A DNA stretch of 64,000 nt. Origin: Gammaproteobacteria bacterium (GTDB taxonomy: Bacteria; Pseudomonadota; Gammaproteobacteria; Eutrophobiales; Eutrophobiaceae). Shown here in pieces: positions 20,185-29,891 of the stretch. Every line of letters begins with the position of its first letter. Positions within the stretch are counted from its first letter, which is position 1. The translations under genes were made by a program, and so were the position numbers. The stretch lies in the NCBI GenBank assembly GCA_965220815.1, contig OZ244846.1, forward strand, positions 4,145,045 to 4,209,044, read 5' to 3'. The notes beneath the pieces are model-generated. The model was not told the origin of the DNA and searched no databases. It worked only from the letters and a program-made list of their open reading frames with translations.

Positions 20185-21802
20185 CAGTCTGTCGGACTTA
20201 GGCGCCAAGATTGTTTTTATAGACCATGATTCATGCCCTGTTATCACAGCAAGGCATACTTGCCAGTGAACTCACTCTATATGTGTCCTACCTTGACGTA
20301 GTCAGACCCCAATCAATGCCCAAACCGGCAGGCACAGGCCGGCCACGTTCGCACTCAGGCCAATTGCAGCTTGTGTAACCGTTTACAGTTGTACGCCAGG
20401 GCCAACAACTGCCACTCACCCGTTACCTTGGCATGACCGCGCAGCAGAAACTGCCGAAACCCCATAACCTGCTTCATGATGCCAAACACCGGCTCCACCG
20501 TTTGTTGACGCAGTCGGTAGCTGGCCCGGTTGTCCGCCTCGGACAACTTCTCCTGCATCGCCACCAGCCAGGGCGCCTTCGGCGGCTTGGTCTCGGTCAC
20601 CTTCTCCGGGTCCGGCAACGGACGAAAGTCATGCTGCCGACGCCGGTCTTCCGTGCCCACCGCCACCAGGACGTCTATCTTCCGGCCCGTCAGTGTCTCG
20701 ACTTCGGTCTCCGTCGCATAGCCGTTGTCCGCCAACACCTGCGTGGGTGTCCCTACCTTCGCCGGCACCGTGTCAACGTCAGCCACCAGTTCGTTGCGGT
20801 CGCTGGCACACCGGCTCACCCGCGCGCCCAATACCAACTGGCTGCCGTCCACATCCACCACCGCCTGCGCATTGTACGCCTGCTGGTACTCACTGCGCTT
20901 GTTCTTGCGCATCAACTCGCTGTCCGCATCCGTCAGGTTCACCTGGGACTCCGCCGCCGGCGCCTCGGCCGGCGGCTTGATACGGCGTCCCTTCGCCCGG
21001 CCTTCACGCTGCTCGCGCGCCGCCACCTTGCGCGCATACTCAGCCTGCTCCGCCGCGGCCTGCGCCTTGGCCTGGCGCGCCAGACGGGCGCACGCTGCAT
21101 CCAACTGCGAGGCCAGCTGCTCCCGGCGCGCCAGGTCTCTCGGCAACTGCTGCGGGTCTGTCTCATCCTGGCTGTCCGCACGCTCGGCCTGGCCCAGCAA
21201 GTCCCGCACCTCACCCCGCAACTGCTCGCGCAACTGCACCGCCCGGTCATAGCGGATGCTGCGCCGCTTGCTGGCGTTCGCCTTCATCTTCGTCCCGTCC
21301 ACGCTCACCCGGCCTACCTTCAACAACTTCAACTCCTTCGCCAGCAGCAATACCTCCACGAAACCCGCCTCCACCGCCGCCCGGTTCTCGCGCCGAAACT
21401 TGCATAGCGTGTCATGGTCCGGGTGCGTGTTCGCCGTCACGTAACGCACCCCGATATCACGGTACGTCGCACGCTCAATCCGGCGCGAAGAAAAAATCCC
21501 GTTCGCATAACAGTACACCAGCAACGCCAGCATCATGCGCGGATGATACTGCGCCGAGCCCGTGCCCCGGACGTTCACCACAAACTCACTGAGCGGCACC
21601 CGCTCCACCGCGGCAACAACAAAATGCGCCAGGTCGTCCTCAGGCAGCCACTCGCGCAAATCCGGCGGTAATAAATACGGTTGTGTGCGGTCACTTTGTA
21701 CAAAGTTTTGCATTGGAATGTAGCCTCTATCGCTCGTGCACTGTTATCATCAAACCATGTCGTCTATTATACCCCTATGCAAACCCTAAGTCCGACAGAC
21801 TG
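20185..21802 (-). mobile_element. IS1182-family (IS5 superfamily) insertion sequence with a 4-bp CTAG target duplication
   Basis: Perfect 18-bp terminal inverted repeats CAGTCTGTCGGACTTAGG (20185-20202) / CCTAAGTCCGACAGACTG (21785-21802). Flanked by direct CTAG at 20181-20184 and 21803-21806. Confidence 0.75.
20355..21713 (-). CDS. IS1182-family transposase (DUF772 N-terminus + DDE_Tnp_1_6 C-terminus)
   Basis: YHPRMMLALLVYCYANGIFSSRRIE N-terminal motif. C-terminal LADNGY…QTVEPVFGIMKQ…GEWQLLALAYNCKRL. Confidence 0.8.
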   Translation of the reverse strand: MQNFVQSDRTQPYLLPPDLREWLPEDDLAHFVVAAVERVPLSEFVVNVRGTGSAQYHPRMMLALLVYCYANGIFSSRRIERATYRDIGVRYVTANTHPDHDTLCKFRRENRAAVEAGFVEVLLLAKELKLLKVGRVSVDGTKMKANASKRRSIRYDRAVQLREQLRGEVRDLLGQAERADSQDETDPQQLPRDLARREQLASQLDAACARLARQAKAQAAAEQAEYARKVAAREQREGRAKGRRIKPPAEAPAAESQVNLTDADSELMRKNKRSEYQQAYNAQAVVDVDGSQLVLGARVSRCASDRNELVADVDTVPAKVGTPTQVLADNGYATETEVETLTGRKIDVLVAVGTEDRRRQHDFRPLPDPEKVTETKPPKAPWLVAMQEKLSEADNRASYRLRQQTVEPVFGIMKQVMGFRQFLLRGHAKVTGEWQLLALAYNCKRLHKLQLA

Positions 21803-22302
21803 CTAGGAAAACAAAAGCCGGCGCTGACCAGGTTGAACGACGCAGTATCGCATGCCATATTTGAGGGATTCAAAAGACCATTCCTGGAATACGGTAAAGA
21901 CCAGCGGGTAATACTGGAGTTGGCGCTTTCCAACAACCAGTTGTTTCCTATCAACCGATTGAAACGATCTTTCCTGGCTGAACTTATAAATATGATCGAC
22001 CTGGAAAACCGAAATCGTGAACGTCATTCACCAGGCGTGCTAACTTTCAGAGAACGGGAGATCGTGAAATATATTTATAATGGGTATTCGAATAAGGAAA
22101 TAGCTCGAAGTCGTAATTGTTCAGAGAATACGGTGAAATTTCACTTAAAAAACATTTTTTTGAAGTTTGGTGTCAAAAATAGAAAAGCTCTGGCGCGAAT
22201 AGCCTGGGAGCACATTGATATGTGACCCCAGACCATGAGTTACCGTGACTTCGAGGAAATAAGTCAGGACCGGATAATGCTTAGCAATAATACGCCGCCA
22301 AC

Positions 22303-22671
22303 TCAACCCATATGGAAAAAATCTAGCTTGTTTCCGTCGAGGTCTCGAAAATAAGCGGCATAAAAACCCGGCATGCGCTCTCCAGGCGCACCTTCATCTG
22401 TGCCTCCCAGTTCCAGGGCCTTCTCGTACAATCTATCCACCGCTTCTTTGCTGTCCACTGCCAGGGCGACCATCGCGCCATTACCTGGTGTTGCAGGATT
22501 GCCGTCAAACGGCTCGATTACACCAAATAAAGGCGAGCCCTCGCCGGAACTCCAGGTAACCAGACGTTTAAGTTCAAGCGCTCTTGCTGCACCAATTTCT
22601 CCAAGTAATGCATCATAGTAGGCGGCTGCGCGCTCCAGGTCGTTAGTACCAATTGTTACATAACCAATCAT
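22303..22671 (-). CDS. VOC (glyoxalase / bleomycin-resistance / dioxygenase) family protein
   Basis: MIGYVTIGTNDLERAAAYY… typical VOC-fold start; 122 aa. Confidence 0.65.
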   Translation of the reverse strand: MIGYVTIGTNDLERAAAYYDALLGEIGAARALELKRLVTWSSGEGSPLFGVIEPFDGNPATPGNGAMVALAVDSKEAVDRLYEKALELGGTDEGAPGERMPGFYAAYFRDLDGNKLDFFHMG

Positions 22672-22765
22672 AATTACTCCTTAATGGAAAAGTCCGGTAT
22701 ATTACCGGGATGAATGAATACCGCCGAAGATTATACTAAATCTGAATGCATCCGTCCCGCGCCGA

Positions 22766-23569
22766 TTAGTAGCAGCTGTCGCAAAAATCAAGCGCCAGCC
22801 TGTTGAAATCATCGGCAAACTCATGGAAAGATAGATGCGCGGGGATCACCCTGGTCCGTGCATTCGGCTGATTCTCATCGATCCATTTCCCCGCGGCCTG
22901 TTTCCAATCCTCGCGGACAACCTGTAATACCGGAATCTCTTTATCTATTCTACGGGCAATCTCCCGGTAATCCAGGTCAAAACCGGTCCTGATAAGCTCG
23001 CAGGCAATGGCCTCCGGGGTTTTGGCCGCTTCACTCACCATCTCCTGTACGAACTTGCTGTCGGGGGTATTGACGTAACAATGGTGCAGGTAGTGTTCAA
23101 AGAATTTCAGATGGCCGTATTCCGTGAGCATCCCCAGGCCGGCCTGCAGTTCCTGCTCCTCTCCCTCCCCCCAGTCAGACCCGTTTTCTTTCCTGATTTT
23201 CGGGGGCTCGTCAATGCTGATAAAACCGCGCACGTTACCGGTACCGTACTTCTGAAAACAGGAATAGGCGGCCGATACGCCCATGGACCAACCGGCAATG
23301 ATGCAATTCTCCAGCCCGAGACGAGCGATGAATTCATGCAGGTCGGCGCCATGCTGATCATAATTATTGCCGTGAGACGTCACACTTGATTCACCGTGAC
23401 TGCGGGGGTCATAGGCCAGGACCCGGTAACGCTCGGCGAAGACCGGCAGGTTTCTCTCGAAGACTTTCGTGGTGTAAGTCCAGCCCGGTATGAAAATCAC
23501 CGGTTTGCCGGCGCCATATTCTACGTAAGCGAGCGTTAATTCATCGGATATAACGAGCCGCTTTTTCAT
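22766..23569 (-). CDS. alpha/beta-fold hydrolase
   Basis: GWSMG nucleophile elbow. HGxP-like oxyanion region (FIPGW). 267 aa. Confidence 0.7.
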   Translation of the reverse strand: MKKRLVISDELTLAYVEYGAGKPVIFIPGWTYTTKVFERNLPVFAERYRVLAYDPRSHGESSVTSHGNNYDQHGADLHEFIARLGLENCIIAGWSMGVSAAYSCFQKYGTGNVRGFISIDEPPKIRKENGSDWGEGEEQELQAGLGMLTEYGHLKFFEHYLHHCYVNTPDSKFVQEMVSEAAKTPEAIACELIRTGFDLDYREIARRIDKEIPVLQVVREDWKQAAGKWIDENQPNARTRVIPAHLSFHEFADDFNRLALDFCDSCY

Positions 23570-25878
23570 CAGAAGTCCTTGCGGACTTCGATACCGAAAC
23601 TGCGCGGGCGATTCGTCATGATACGCGGCCGTCCGGGCTTCTCCGCAGCAATGGAGCGGTTATCGGACAGGTTGGCGTGGTCGTTGGTCGCGTTTTTCAT
23701 GAACAGGGCCACATTCCAACTGCCTGCCTGGTAGGCGCCGATACGGAAATTCAGCAACTCGAATGAATCCCGCACCCGGGGCGGAATGGTGCCGCTCACG
23801 TTGTTGGCGCTGAGACTGTCGTCATAATAGGAATAATCGCCACGGATATAACCTTCCCAGCCGGTAAACAGGGGGAAGCTGTATTCGGCTGCCGCGTTGA
23901 AGGTTACCTCAGGCACCTGCAGAATACGATCTCCCTTAACCGTGCCTATGAGGTCGTCACCTTTTGTTATTTTGGCGTCGGTATAGCCAAAGCCCATGGA
24001 AACATGCAAACCTTCCACCGGCGCCGCCTGCAGTTCGACTTCTACTCCCTTGTTCTTCGCAGAACCTGAATTGGCCACGTACTGGAAGCCGCAAGCCAGG
24101 CGGTTCGTTTGCAGGGTATCGTCCCAGTTGATATTGAAGGCGGCAACGTTCAGGTTAACCCGGTCATCAAACAACGATGACTTCATGCCGAGCTCATAAT
24201 TCCACAGCGAGTCGGACTCGAAGGTCGCTACGTCTTCGTTGGTGATACCCAGGTCTGCAAGTTCAGCGGCGCAAAAGGCCACGGGTACGGGCATATTCAC
24301 GCCACCTTCGCGAAAACCCTTGGAAGCGGACCCGTATATCAGCAAATCCTCGGTCACATCCAGTTCCATCAGGACCTTGGGTACAACCCTGGAACTGCTG
24401 CGCCTGGGAGGCATGACAATCGCCGGGCCGCCGTTGACAAAGCCCCCGCGATCGGCGCTGAAGTCGATGGTGGTCTCCGACCAGCGTGCGCCCGCGGTCA
24501 ACCTCAGGCTGTCGCTCAGCCTCAGCGTCAGCTCACCGAAAACCGCAATTTCCTCGGTATCCTTGTCGTCGTAAGTATGAAACACCATGTCGGACCCGAG
24601 CAGACCGGGCGGCACGGGTACCGGGAACCCGGGAGCAATGCCGGTTAATATCGAGTTCAGGATGCCGGTGAACTGCGCATTGATGCCGGGCGCAAACGAC
24701 GGCGGATAATTGAGTATATGCTCCCTGTCCTCGTAGAACACGCCCAGGGTCATGGCCACGCCGTCAAACGGCAGGTCGCCGAAATCGGCAATCAACCGGG
24801 TTTCATGCACGAACGAGGTGTCTTCCTCTTCTTCATAGACAAAACTCGGTATGTGGGGCTCGGGCAAGCCGCTGGCCGCGAATATCAAGCCGTCCAGCGT
24901 TCCTGTCTGATCCTCGTACTCCTCGATCTTCCGGTCGAACCCTGCCGTGGTGGATACGAGCTCGCCAAATCCGGTATCGATATTCACGGTCACGCTGGCC
25001 AGCCACCATTCCTCCTCGCCGGGTTCCTCGATGTTGTTATGCCGGGGCACGTCAAAATTGCCCGGGGAGAGGTCGGCAAGAGGCAGGTTATCCGAATCCG
25101 TGCGCTGGTACATGAACCGGGGCCTGATACTGATGTTGTCCGCAGCGTTCCAGACGAAAGAGATGGCGCCGCCGTAATACTCATCGTCATCAATGTTATT
25201 CACCGTATTGAACGCGGGCCGGTTGGAGCCGGCAATATGCACCCGGTCAAACACGCCGGAATTCTGCGCGTAGTAAAACAACGCACGCGCGCCCAGCACG
25301 CCTTCCACGATCGGCGCGTTCACACTGCCGTCCACGCGCCAGTTGATGTCTCCCTCCTTGACGTCCGAAATTGACGCTCCAAAGTAACCGTCGAACTCGT
25401 CGGCGTCCGCCTGTTTCGTGATAACGCGCACCGTCCCGCCCATGGAGCGGGCGCCGTAAAGGGTACCCTGGGGACCGCGCAAGACCTCCACCCGGGAAAT
25501 ATCCGAGACCCTCGGGTTCATGTATTCCGGCACCGGGATGTCATCAATGTAAAAGCCGGTCGCGCCGACCACGCCGCCGCCCGCCACACCGCGGATCGCG
25601 GGAGAGCCCGAATTGAAACGGCCATCGGCCTCGTTACTGAAGCCCAGGTTGGGTATCTTGACACCGTAGTCGAATATGCCCTCGGCGCCGATACGCTGCA
25701 GTTCGAACTCGCCCAGGGCCGTGATGGACATGGGCGTATCCTGCAGGCTGGTCTCGCGCTTGGTCGCGGTGACGATGATCTCCTCGATGACCTGGGCCTG
25801 GCCTGCCGTCGCCGCTACCGTGAGCAGCACAAACAAACACCCATGCCGAACGTGGGTGATAATATTCTTTTTAATCAT
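23569..25878 (-). CDS. TonB-dependent outer-membrane receptor
   Basis: Signal peptide MIKKNIITHVRHGCLFVLLTVAATAGQA. Plug EEIIVTATKRETSLQDTPMSI. C-terminal F. Start moved to ATG 25878, preceded by GGAGG. Confidence 0.8.
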   Translation of the reverse strand: MIKKNIITHVRHGCLFVLLTVAATAGQAQVIEEIIVTATKRETSLQDTPMSITALGEFELQRIGAEGIFDYGVKIPNLGFSNEADGRFNSGSPAIRGVAGGGVVGATGFYIDDIPVPEYMNPRVSDISRVEVLRGPQGTLYGARSMGGTVRVITKQADADEFDGYFGASISDVKEGDINWRVDGSVNAPIVEGVLGARALFYYAQNSGVFDRVHIAGSNRPAFNTVNNIDDDEYYGGAISFVWNAADNISIRPRFMYQRTDSDNLPLADLSPGNFDVPRHNNIEEPGEEEWWLASVTVNIDTGFGELVSTTAGFDRKIEEYEDQTGTLDGLIFAASGLPEPHIPSFVYEEEEDTSFVHETRLIADFGDLPFDGVAMTLGVFYEDREHILNYPPSFAPGINAQFTGILNSILTGIAPGFPVPVPPGLLGSDMVFHTYDDKDTEEIAVFGELTLRLSDSLRLTAGARWSETTIDFSADRGGFVNGGPAIVMPPRRSSSRVVPKVLMELDVTEDLLIYGSASKGFREGGVNMPVPVAFCAAELADLGITNEDVATFESDSLWNYELGMKSSLFDDRVNLNVAAFNINWDDTLQTNRLACGFQYVANSGSAKNKGVEVELQAAPVEGLHVSMGFGYTDAKITKGDDLIGTVKGDRILQVPEVTFNAAAEYSFPLFTGWEGYIRGDYSYYDDSLSANNVSGTIPPRVRDSFELLNFRIGAYQAGSWNVALFMKNATNDHANLSDNRSIAAEKPGRPRIMTNRPRSFGIEVRKDF

Positions 25879-26006
25879 TACTACCTCCGTAACAGGTGCA
25901 GTCGGATGATTTGACAAGTAACAGTATTACTGCTTGAATTAAGAGAGTGTTATCCTCAATGCGCAAGAAAGTCGTATTTTTCAAACAGATTTGGTGAATA
26001 CGTGCG

Positions 26007-26996
26007 ATGGATTATCCGATTTGCGCAAAAAACCCCCTGATCAGGAAACTTCATCACCGGGATATCGATGAACAGGCGGCGCGGCTGACCGGTTACGATC
26101 AATCCTACCAGCAGATCAGCAGGGGCTCTTTCCGCGGCACTTTCACCACTTGTGATGTGGACCCGGAACTGAGTCTGTTCTTTGAGAAGACCAACCAGGT
26201 GCTGTATCAGAATGCCATGGTCCCGCGTGATTATTACGCAATCGGCCTGCTGATGAATACCGACAGAACGCTGGTGTTGAACTGTGAACCTTTCCCGAAA
26301 GGCGCGGCGTTTATTTTACCTCCCGGTTCCGAGATGGAGGGCATCTCATCACCGGACATGAAAATCTGTATCGTCCATGTTTCCTGCGATTTGCTGAAGC
26401 GGGCGCTGCAACACCAGTACCGGGAGTTGAACCTGTTCAGCCCGGATTATCTTCCATATATGCTCATTCAGAACGAAAAAGAAACCCGGCCGTTGATTTC
26501 AATACTGGAAGATTTCCATTCCGGGGCGGATAAGGCACATCTTTCACTGGAAAGCGCGAACCAGTTGGCGGCGCTGAAAAATGCCCTGGTAGAAACGATA
26601 TGTTCGGTATTTATCACAAGGAAGGATCAGAGCAGGACTAAATCCGGCATCACGACGATAACCAGGCACCACCGTCTGTTTCATGATGCTCTCGATATCA
26701 TCAAGGACAACATCTGTGAGGAATTGACTGTCGGGAAACTGTGTGAGGAGTTGGCGACGTCACGGCGCACGCTGGAATACGTGTTCAATGAGAACATCAA
26801 AATGAGCCCGGCCAGGTATATCAGGGCCTTGCGGCTCAATAATATCCGGCGGGAAATCATGTCAAGGGAACCCGGCACCCTGGGCGACATCGCGGCAAAA
26901 TGGGGCATCTGGCACCTGGGCCGCTTCTCCAGGGATTACTACGAGCTTTTTGGGGAACTACCCTCCACGACCAAGGGGAACTTTATCAGGCGTTAA
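26007..26996 (+). CDS. AraC-family transcriptional regulator
   Basis: C-terminal double HTH (…RRTLEYVFNENIKMSPARYIRALRLNNIRREI…). Confidence 0.75.
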   Translation: MDYPICAKNPLIRKLHHRDIDEQAARLTGYDQSYQQISRGSFRGTFTTCDVDPELSLFFEKTNQVLYQNAMVPRDYYAIGLLMNTDRTLVLNCEPFPKGAAFILPPGSEMEGISSPDMKICIVHVSCDLLKRALQHQYRELNLFSPDYLPYMLIQNEKETRPLISILEDFHSGADKAHLSLESANQLAALKNALVETICSVFITRKDQSRTKSGITTITRHHRLFHDALDIIKDNICEELTVGKLCEELATSRRTLEYVFNENIKMSPARYIRALRLNNIRREIMSREPGTLGDIAAKWGIWHLGRFSRDYYELFGELPSTTKGNFIRR

Positions 26997-28081
26997 CGGG
27001 AGACCGAGTCGGGATATCCGTCCCTTTCTCCGCCCAGGACGCCGCGCCGGACCTGGTCCTGCTCGATGGACTCGAACAGCGCCTGAAAGTTGCCCTCGCC
27101 GAAACCCTCATTGCCTTTGCGCTGAATGATCTCGAAGAAGATCGGACCGATGACGTTTGCGGTAAAGATCTGCAGCAGGAGTCCCTGGCCCTCCAGGGGG
27201 GCGCCGTCAACCAGAATGCGCCGCTGCCTGAGTGCGTCCAGGTCTTCACCATGGCCGGGGACGCGCCGGTCCACTCCTTCATAGTAACTGTCAGGCGTGT
27301 CCTGGAATACGACGTCATGGCGGTGTAATGCATCAACGGTTGCATGGATGTCATCCGTTGCCAGGGCGATGTGCTGGATTCCCTCGCCGCGATATTCGCT
27401 CAGGTATTCCTCGATCTGCGATTTATCGTCCGCGGACTCGTTGATCGGGATGCGTATTTTGCCGCAGGGACTGGTCATAGCGCGGCTCTTCAGGCCGGTC
27501 AGCTTCCCCTCGATATCGAAGTACTTCAACTCGCGAAAGTTGAACAGTGTCTCGTAGAACCCGGCCCACCTGTCCATGTTGCCGCGCCGGACGTTGTGGG
27601 TAAGGTGGTCCACGCAGGTCAAACCGGCGCCCATGACGTGGTGATCGGCCTCAATCGGGATGAAATCCACGTCGTAGATGGTCCTGTCCTCGTAGCGGTC
27701 AACCAGGTATACGCGGCTGCCTCCAATCCCTTCTATGGCGGGTATATTCAATTCCATGGGTCCGGGTCTGGCCTCCACCCCATGCGCGCCGAGATCAAGC
27801 GCCCGGGCGTAGGCCCTGGCCGCGTCCTTCACACGGAAGGCGACCGCGCAGATGGACGGCCCGTGCTGTTCCGCAAACTGCTGGGCGAAACTGTCCGGCT
27901 CGGCGTTGATGATGAAATTAATATCGCCCTGGGAATGCAGGGTCACGTTCTTGCTGCGGTGTTTCGCCGTTGCCGGGAAACCCATCTTTTCAAACAGGTT
28001 ACGCAGCAACTCCGGGTCGGGTGCGGTGTATTCGATGAACTCGAAACCGTCGGTGCCCATTGGGTTGTAGATGTCTGTCAT
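26993..28081 (-). CDS. hppD: 4-hydroxyphenylpyruvate dioxygenase
   Basis: MTDIYNPMGTDGFEFIEYTAP… and two VOC modules with the HPPD iron ligands. ATG located at 28081. Confidence 0.85.
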   Translation of the reverse strand: MTDIYNPMGTDGFEFIEYTAPDPELLRNLFEKMGFPATAKHRSKNVTLHSQGDINFIINAEPDSFAQQFAEQHGPSICAVAFRVKDAARAYARALDLGAHGVEARPGPMELNIPAIEGIGGSRVYLVDRYEDRTIYDVDFIPIEADHHVMGAGLTCVDHLTHNVRRGNMDRWAGFYETLFNFRELKYFDIEGKLTGLKSRAMTSPCGKIRIPINESADDKSQIEEYLSEYRGEGIQHIALATDDIHATVDALHRHDVVFQDTPDSYYEGVDRRVPGHGEDLDALRQRRILVDGAPLEGQGLLLQIFTANVIGPIFFEIIQRKGNEGFGEGNFQALFESIEQDQVRRGVLGGERDGYPDSVSR

Positions 28082-28181
28082 GCGGTTGACCTCATCCTGG
28101 TAAATAGTTGCATCTACAACTAATATTAGTTGCACAAACAACTTTTGTCAACCAGGATTGTGCCAAAATTGTGCGAAGCCT

Positions 28182-28261
28182 GGGGTCAGAGTAAAATCCT
28201 GTAGAATATTGCCAATGGCGAGGTCAGAGATGATTTTACTCTGGCCCCAAACATTGACCCC
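28182..28261. repeat. REP-like palindromic element, long variant
   Basis: GGGGTCAGAGTAAAAT (28182-28197) … ATTTTACTCTGGCCCC (28233-28248), then a terminal TGACCCC. About 35-bp conserved spacer. Lies in the divergent hppD / marR promoter region. Confidence 0.6.
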
Positions 28262-28274
28262 ATAGTTCTTTATC

Positions 28275-28727
28275 ATGCAACATCGTAAACCCCTGCAACT
28301 GGAAGCGTTTCTCCCTTACCGCTTGTCCTTGCTGTCAAATGCAATCAGTGGCGCCATCGCTGCCGTGTACGGTGACAAGTTCGCCATTTCCATGCCGGAG
28401 TGGCGTATCATGATGATCCTGGCGGAATACCCTGACATATCTGCGGACGAGGTCTGCCGCCGCACAAAAATCGAAAAATCCGTGGTTTCCCGCGCTGTGG
28501 CTCGACTGCTGAAACGCCATCTCATCAACCGGGACATGGATGAAAAAGACCGGCGCCGTTCAATATTGAGGCTTTCCGAGACCGGCCTGTCCGTCTATGA
28601 TGAAGTGATGCCCATTGCCAGGGATTACGAAGCAAAACTGTTGTCCGATTTAAGCGCCGGAGAACTTGAAACCTTTAACGATATGATTGACAGACTGATG
28701 GAAAAGGCAGCCCGTATTGAATATTAA
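28275..28727 (+). CDS. MarR-family transcriptional regulator (HpaR-like)
   Basis: Winged-HTH core ADEVCRRTKIEKSVVSRAVARLLKRHLINR…RRRSILRLSETG. Confidence 0.75.
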   Translation: MQHRKPLQLEAFLPYRLSLLSNAISGAIAAVYGDKFAISMPEWRIMMILAEYPDISADEVCRRTKIEKSVVSRAVARLLKRHLINRDMDEKDRRRSILRLSETGLSVYDEVMPIARDYEAKLLSDLSAGELETFNDMIDRLMEKAARIEY

Positions 28728-28753
28728 TTTCAGTAATAATTGACAGGAGAATA

Positions 28754-29845
28754 TTGATGGAATTAGCCGTTCTCGGCGGCGGACACGGCTCTTATGCCGC
28801 TGCTGCGACTCTCACCGAACAAGGTCACCAGGTGCGTTTCTGGCGCCGTGACAGGAAAGCATTCGAACCGGTATTGCGCTCCGGGTCCGTCAACATCCTG
28901 GACAGCAACGGGGGACGGGAGGTGAAGATACACCGCGTCACGACCGATCTCGCTGATGCACTAGACGGGGTGGAATTGATAGTGATTCCCCTGCCGGCGC
29001 TGACCCACGAAGCCCTGGCAAAAGCGATGGCGCCCCATTTAAGCGACGGCCAGGTCGTTTATCTCCCGCCAGGCACTTTCGGCAGCTACATCTTTGCCAA
29101 AGCCATGCGTGATGCAAGAAACCAGGCAGACGTCAGTTTTGCCGAAACCGGCACCTTACCTTACCTGGCCAGGAAACGCGCAGCCAACCTGGTCGCCGTC
29201 AGCGCCTACGCCACTCGCCTGCCCACCGGTGTCTTTCCGGCGAAAAACTCTGCTCATGCCTTCCCCATACTCGAACAGGCATACCCGGTCATCGAGCGTA
29301 TCGAGGACGCCCTGAGCGGCGCCCTGATGAATGCCGGCCCCATTATCCACCCGCCGTTGATCATGATGAACGCCGGTCCCATGGAGCATTTCGACGAGTG
29401 GGACATCCACAACGAAGGCACACAACCTTCCATCCGCCGCGTCACGGACGTACTGGATGCGGAGAGGATCGCCATCCGCGAGGCATTCGGCTACGCCCCG
29501 CCCCATTTTCCCCTGGCCGACCATTACAGCCTGGGCGGCGACGAGTGGATGTACGGTAATGCCGCCCATGAGAAACTGACTGACAGTGAAGACTGGCGTG
29601 AATACATCGACCTGACAAGCCACCGGTACATGACCGAGGATATGGAACTGGGCCTGGCGTTGCTGGTCTCCTGCGCCGATTACCATGGGCTGGACACGCC
29701 CGTATCCCGCGGCCTGCTGGCTCTCGGTTCGGCAATAACGGGACGGGATTTCCGTGAGACGGGGCGAACCCTGGGGAACCTCGGCCTTGCCGGTATGGAC
29801 CGTGAAGCCCTGGCTGAATTGCTGTATGAAGGTATCCGTAGATGA
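28754..29845 (+). CDS. NAD(P)-dependent opine (octopine / nopaline) dehydrogenase family protein
   Basis: N-terminal Rossmann LAVLGGGHGSYAAAATL. Family-typical length and C-terminal domain. Confidence 0.6.
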   Translation: MMELAVLGGGHGSYAAAATLTEQGHQVRFWRRDRKAFEPVLRSGSVNILDSNGGREVKIHRVTTDLADALDGVELIVIPLPALTHEALAKAMAPHLSDGQVVYLPPGTFGSYIFAKAMRDARNQADVSFAETGTLPYLARKRAANLVAVSAYATRLPTGVFPAKNSAHAFPILEQAYPVIERIEDALSGALMNAGPIIHPPLIMMNAGPMEHFDEWDIHNEGTQPSIRRVTDVLDAERIAIREAFGYAPPHFPLADHYSLGGDEWMYGNAAHEKLTDSEDWREYIDLTSHRYMTEDMELGLALLVSCADYHGLDTPVSRGLLALGSAITGRDFRETGRTLGNLGLAGMDREALAELLYEGIRR

Positions 29846-29891
29846 TATATCCGCAGATTACGCAGATTAACGCAGCTTCTATTGCTGGTGA

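Larger units (their letters stand above)
17862..22225 (+). pseudogene. MalT-like LuxR-family ATP-dependent transcriptional regulator, interrupted by an IS1182-type element
   Basis: N-fragment 17862-20184 has a MalT-type NTPase (HAPAGYGKTALLTQY) and TPR-like region. C-fragment 21803-22225 has a LuxR HTH (REREIVKYIYNGYSNKEIA…ENTVKFHLKNIF). Removing 20185-21806 restores a single in-frame 913-aa ORF. Confidence 0.75.

Noticed and set aside
20433-21407. 324-aa plus-strand ORF antisense to the IS1182 transposase, and nested ORFs 20725-21252 and 20939-21250
   Set aside because: Low-complexity Arg/Leu/Pro-rich translations inside GC-rich IS DNA. The minus-strand transposase frame has the recognisable motifs.
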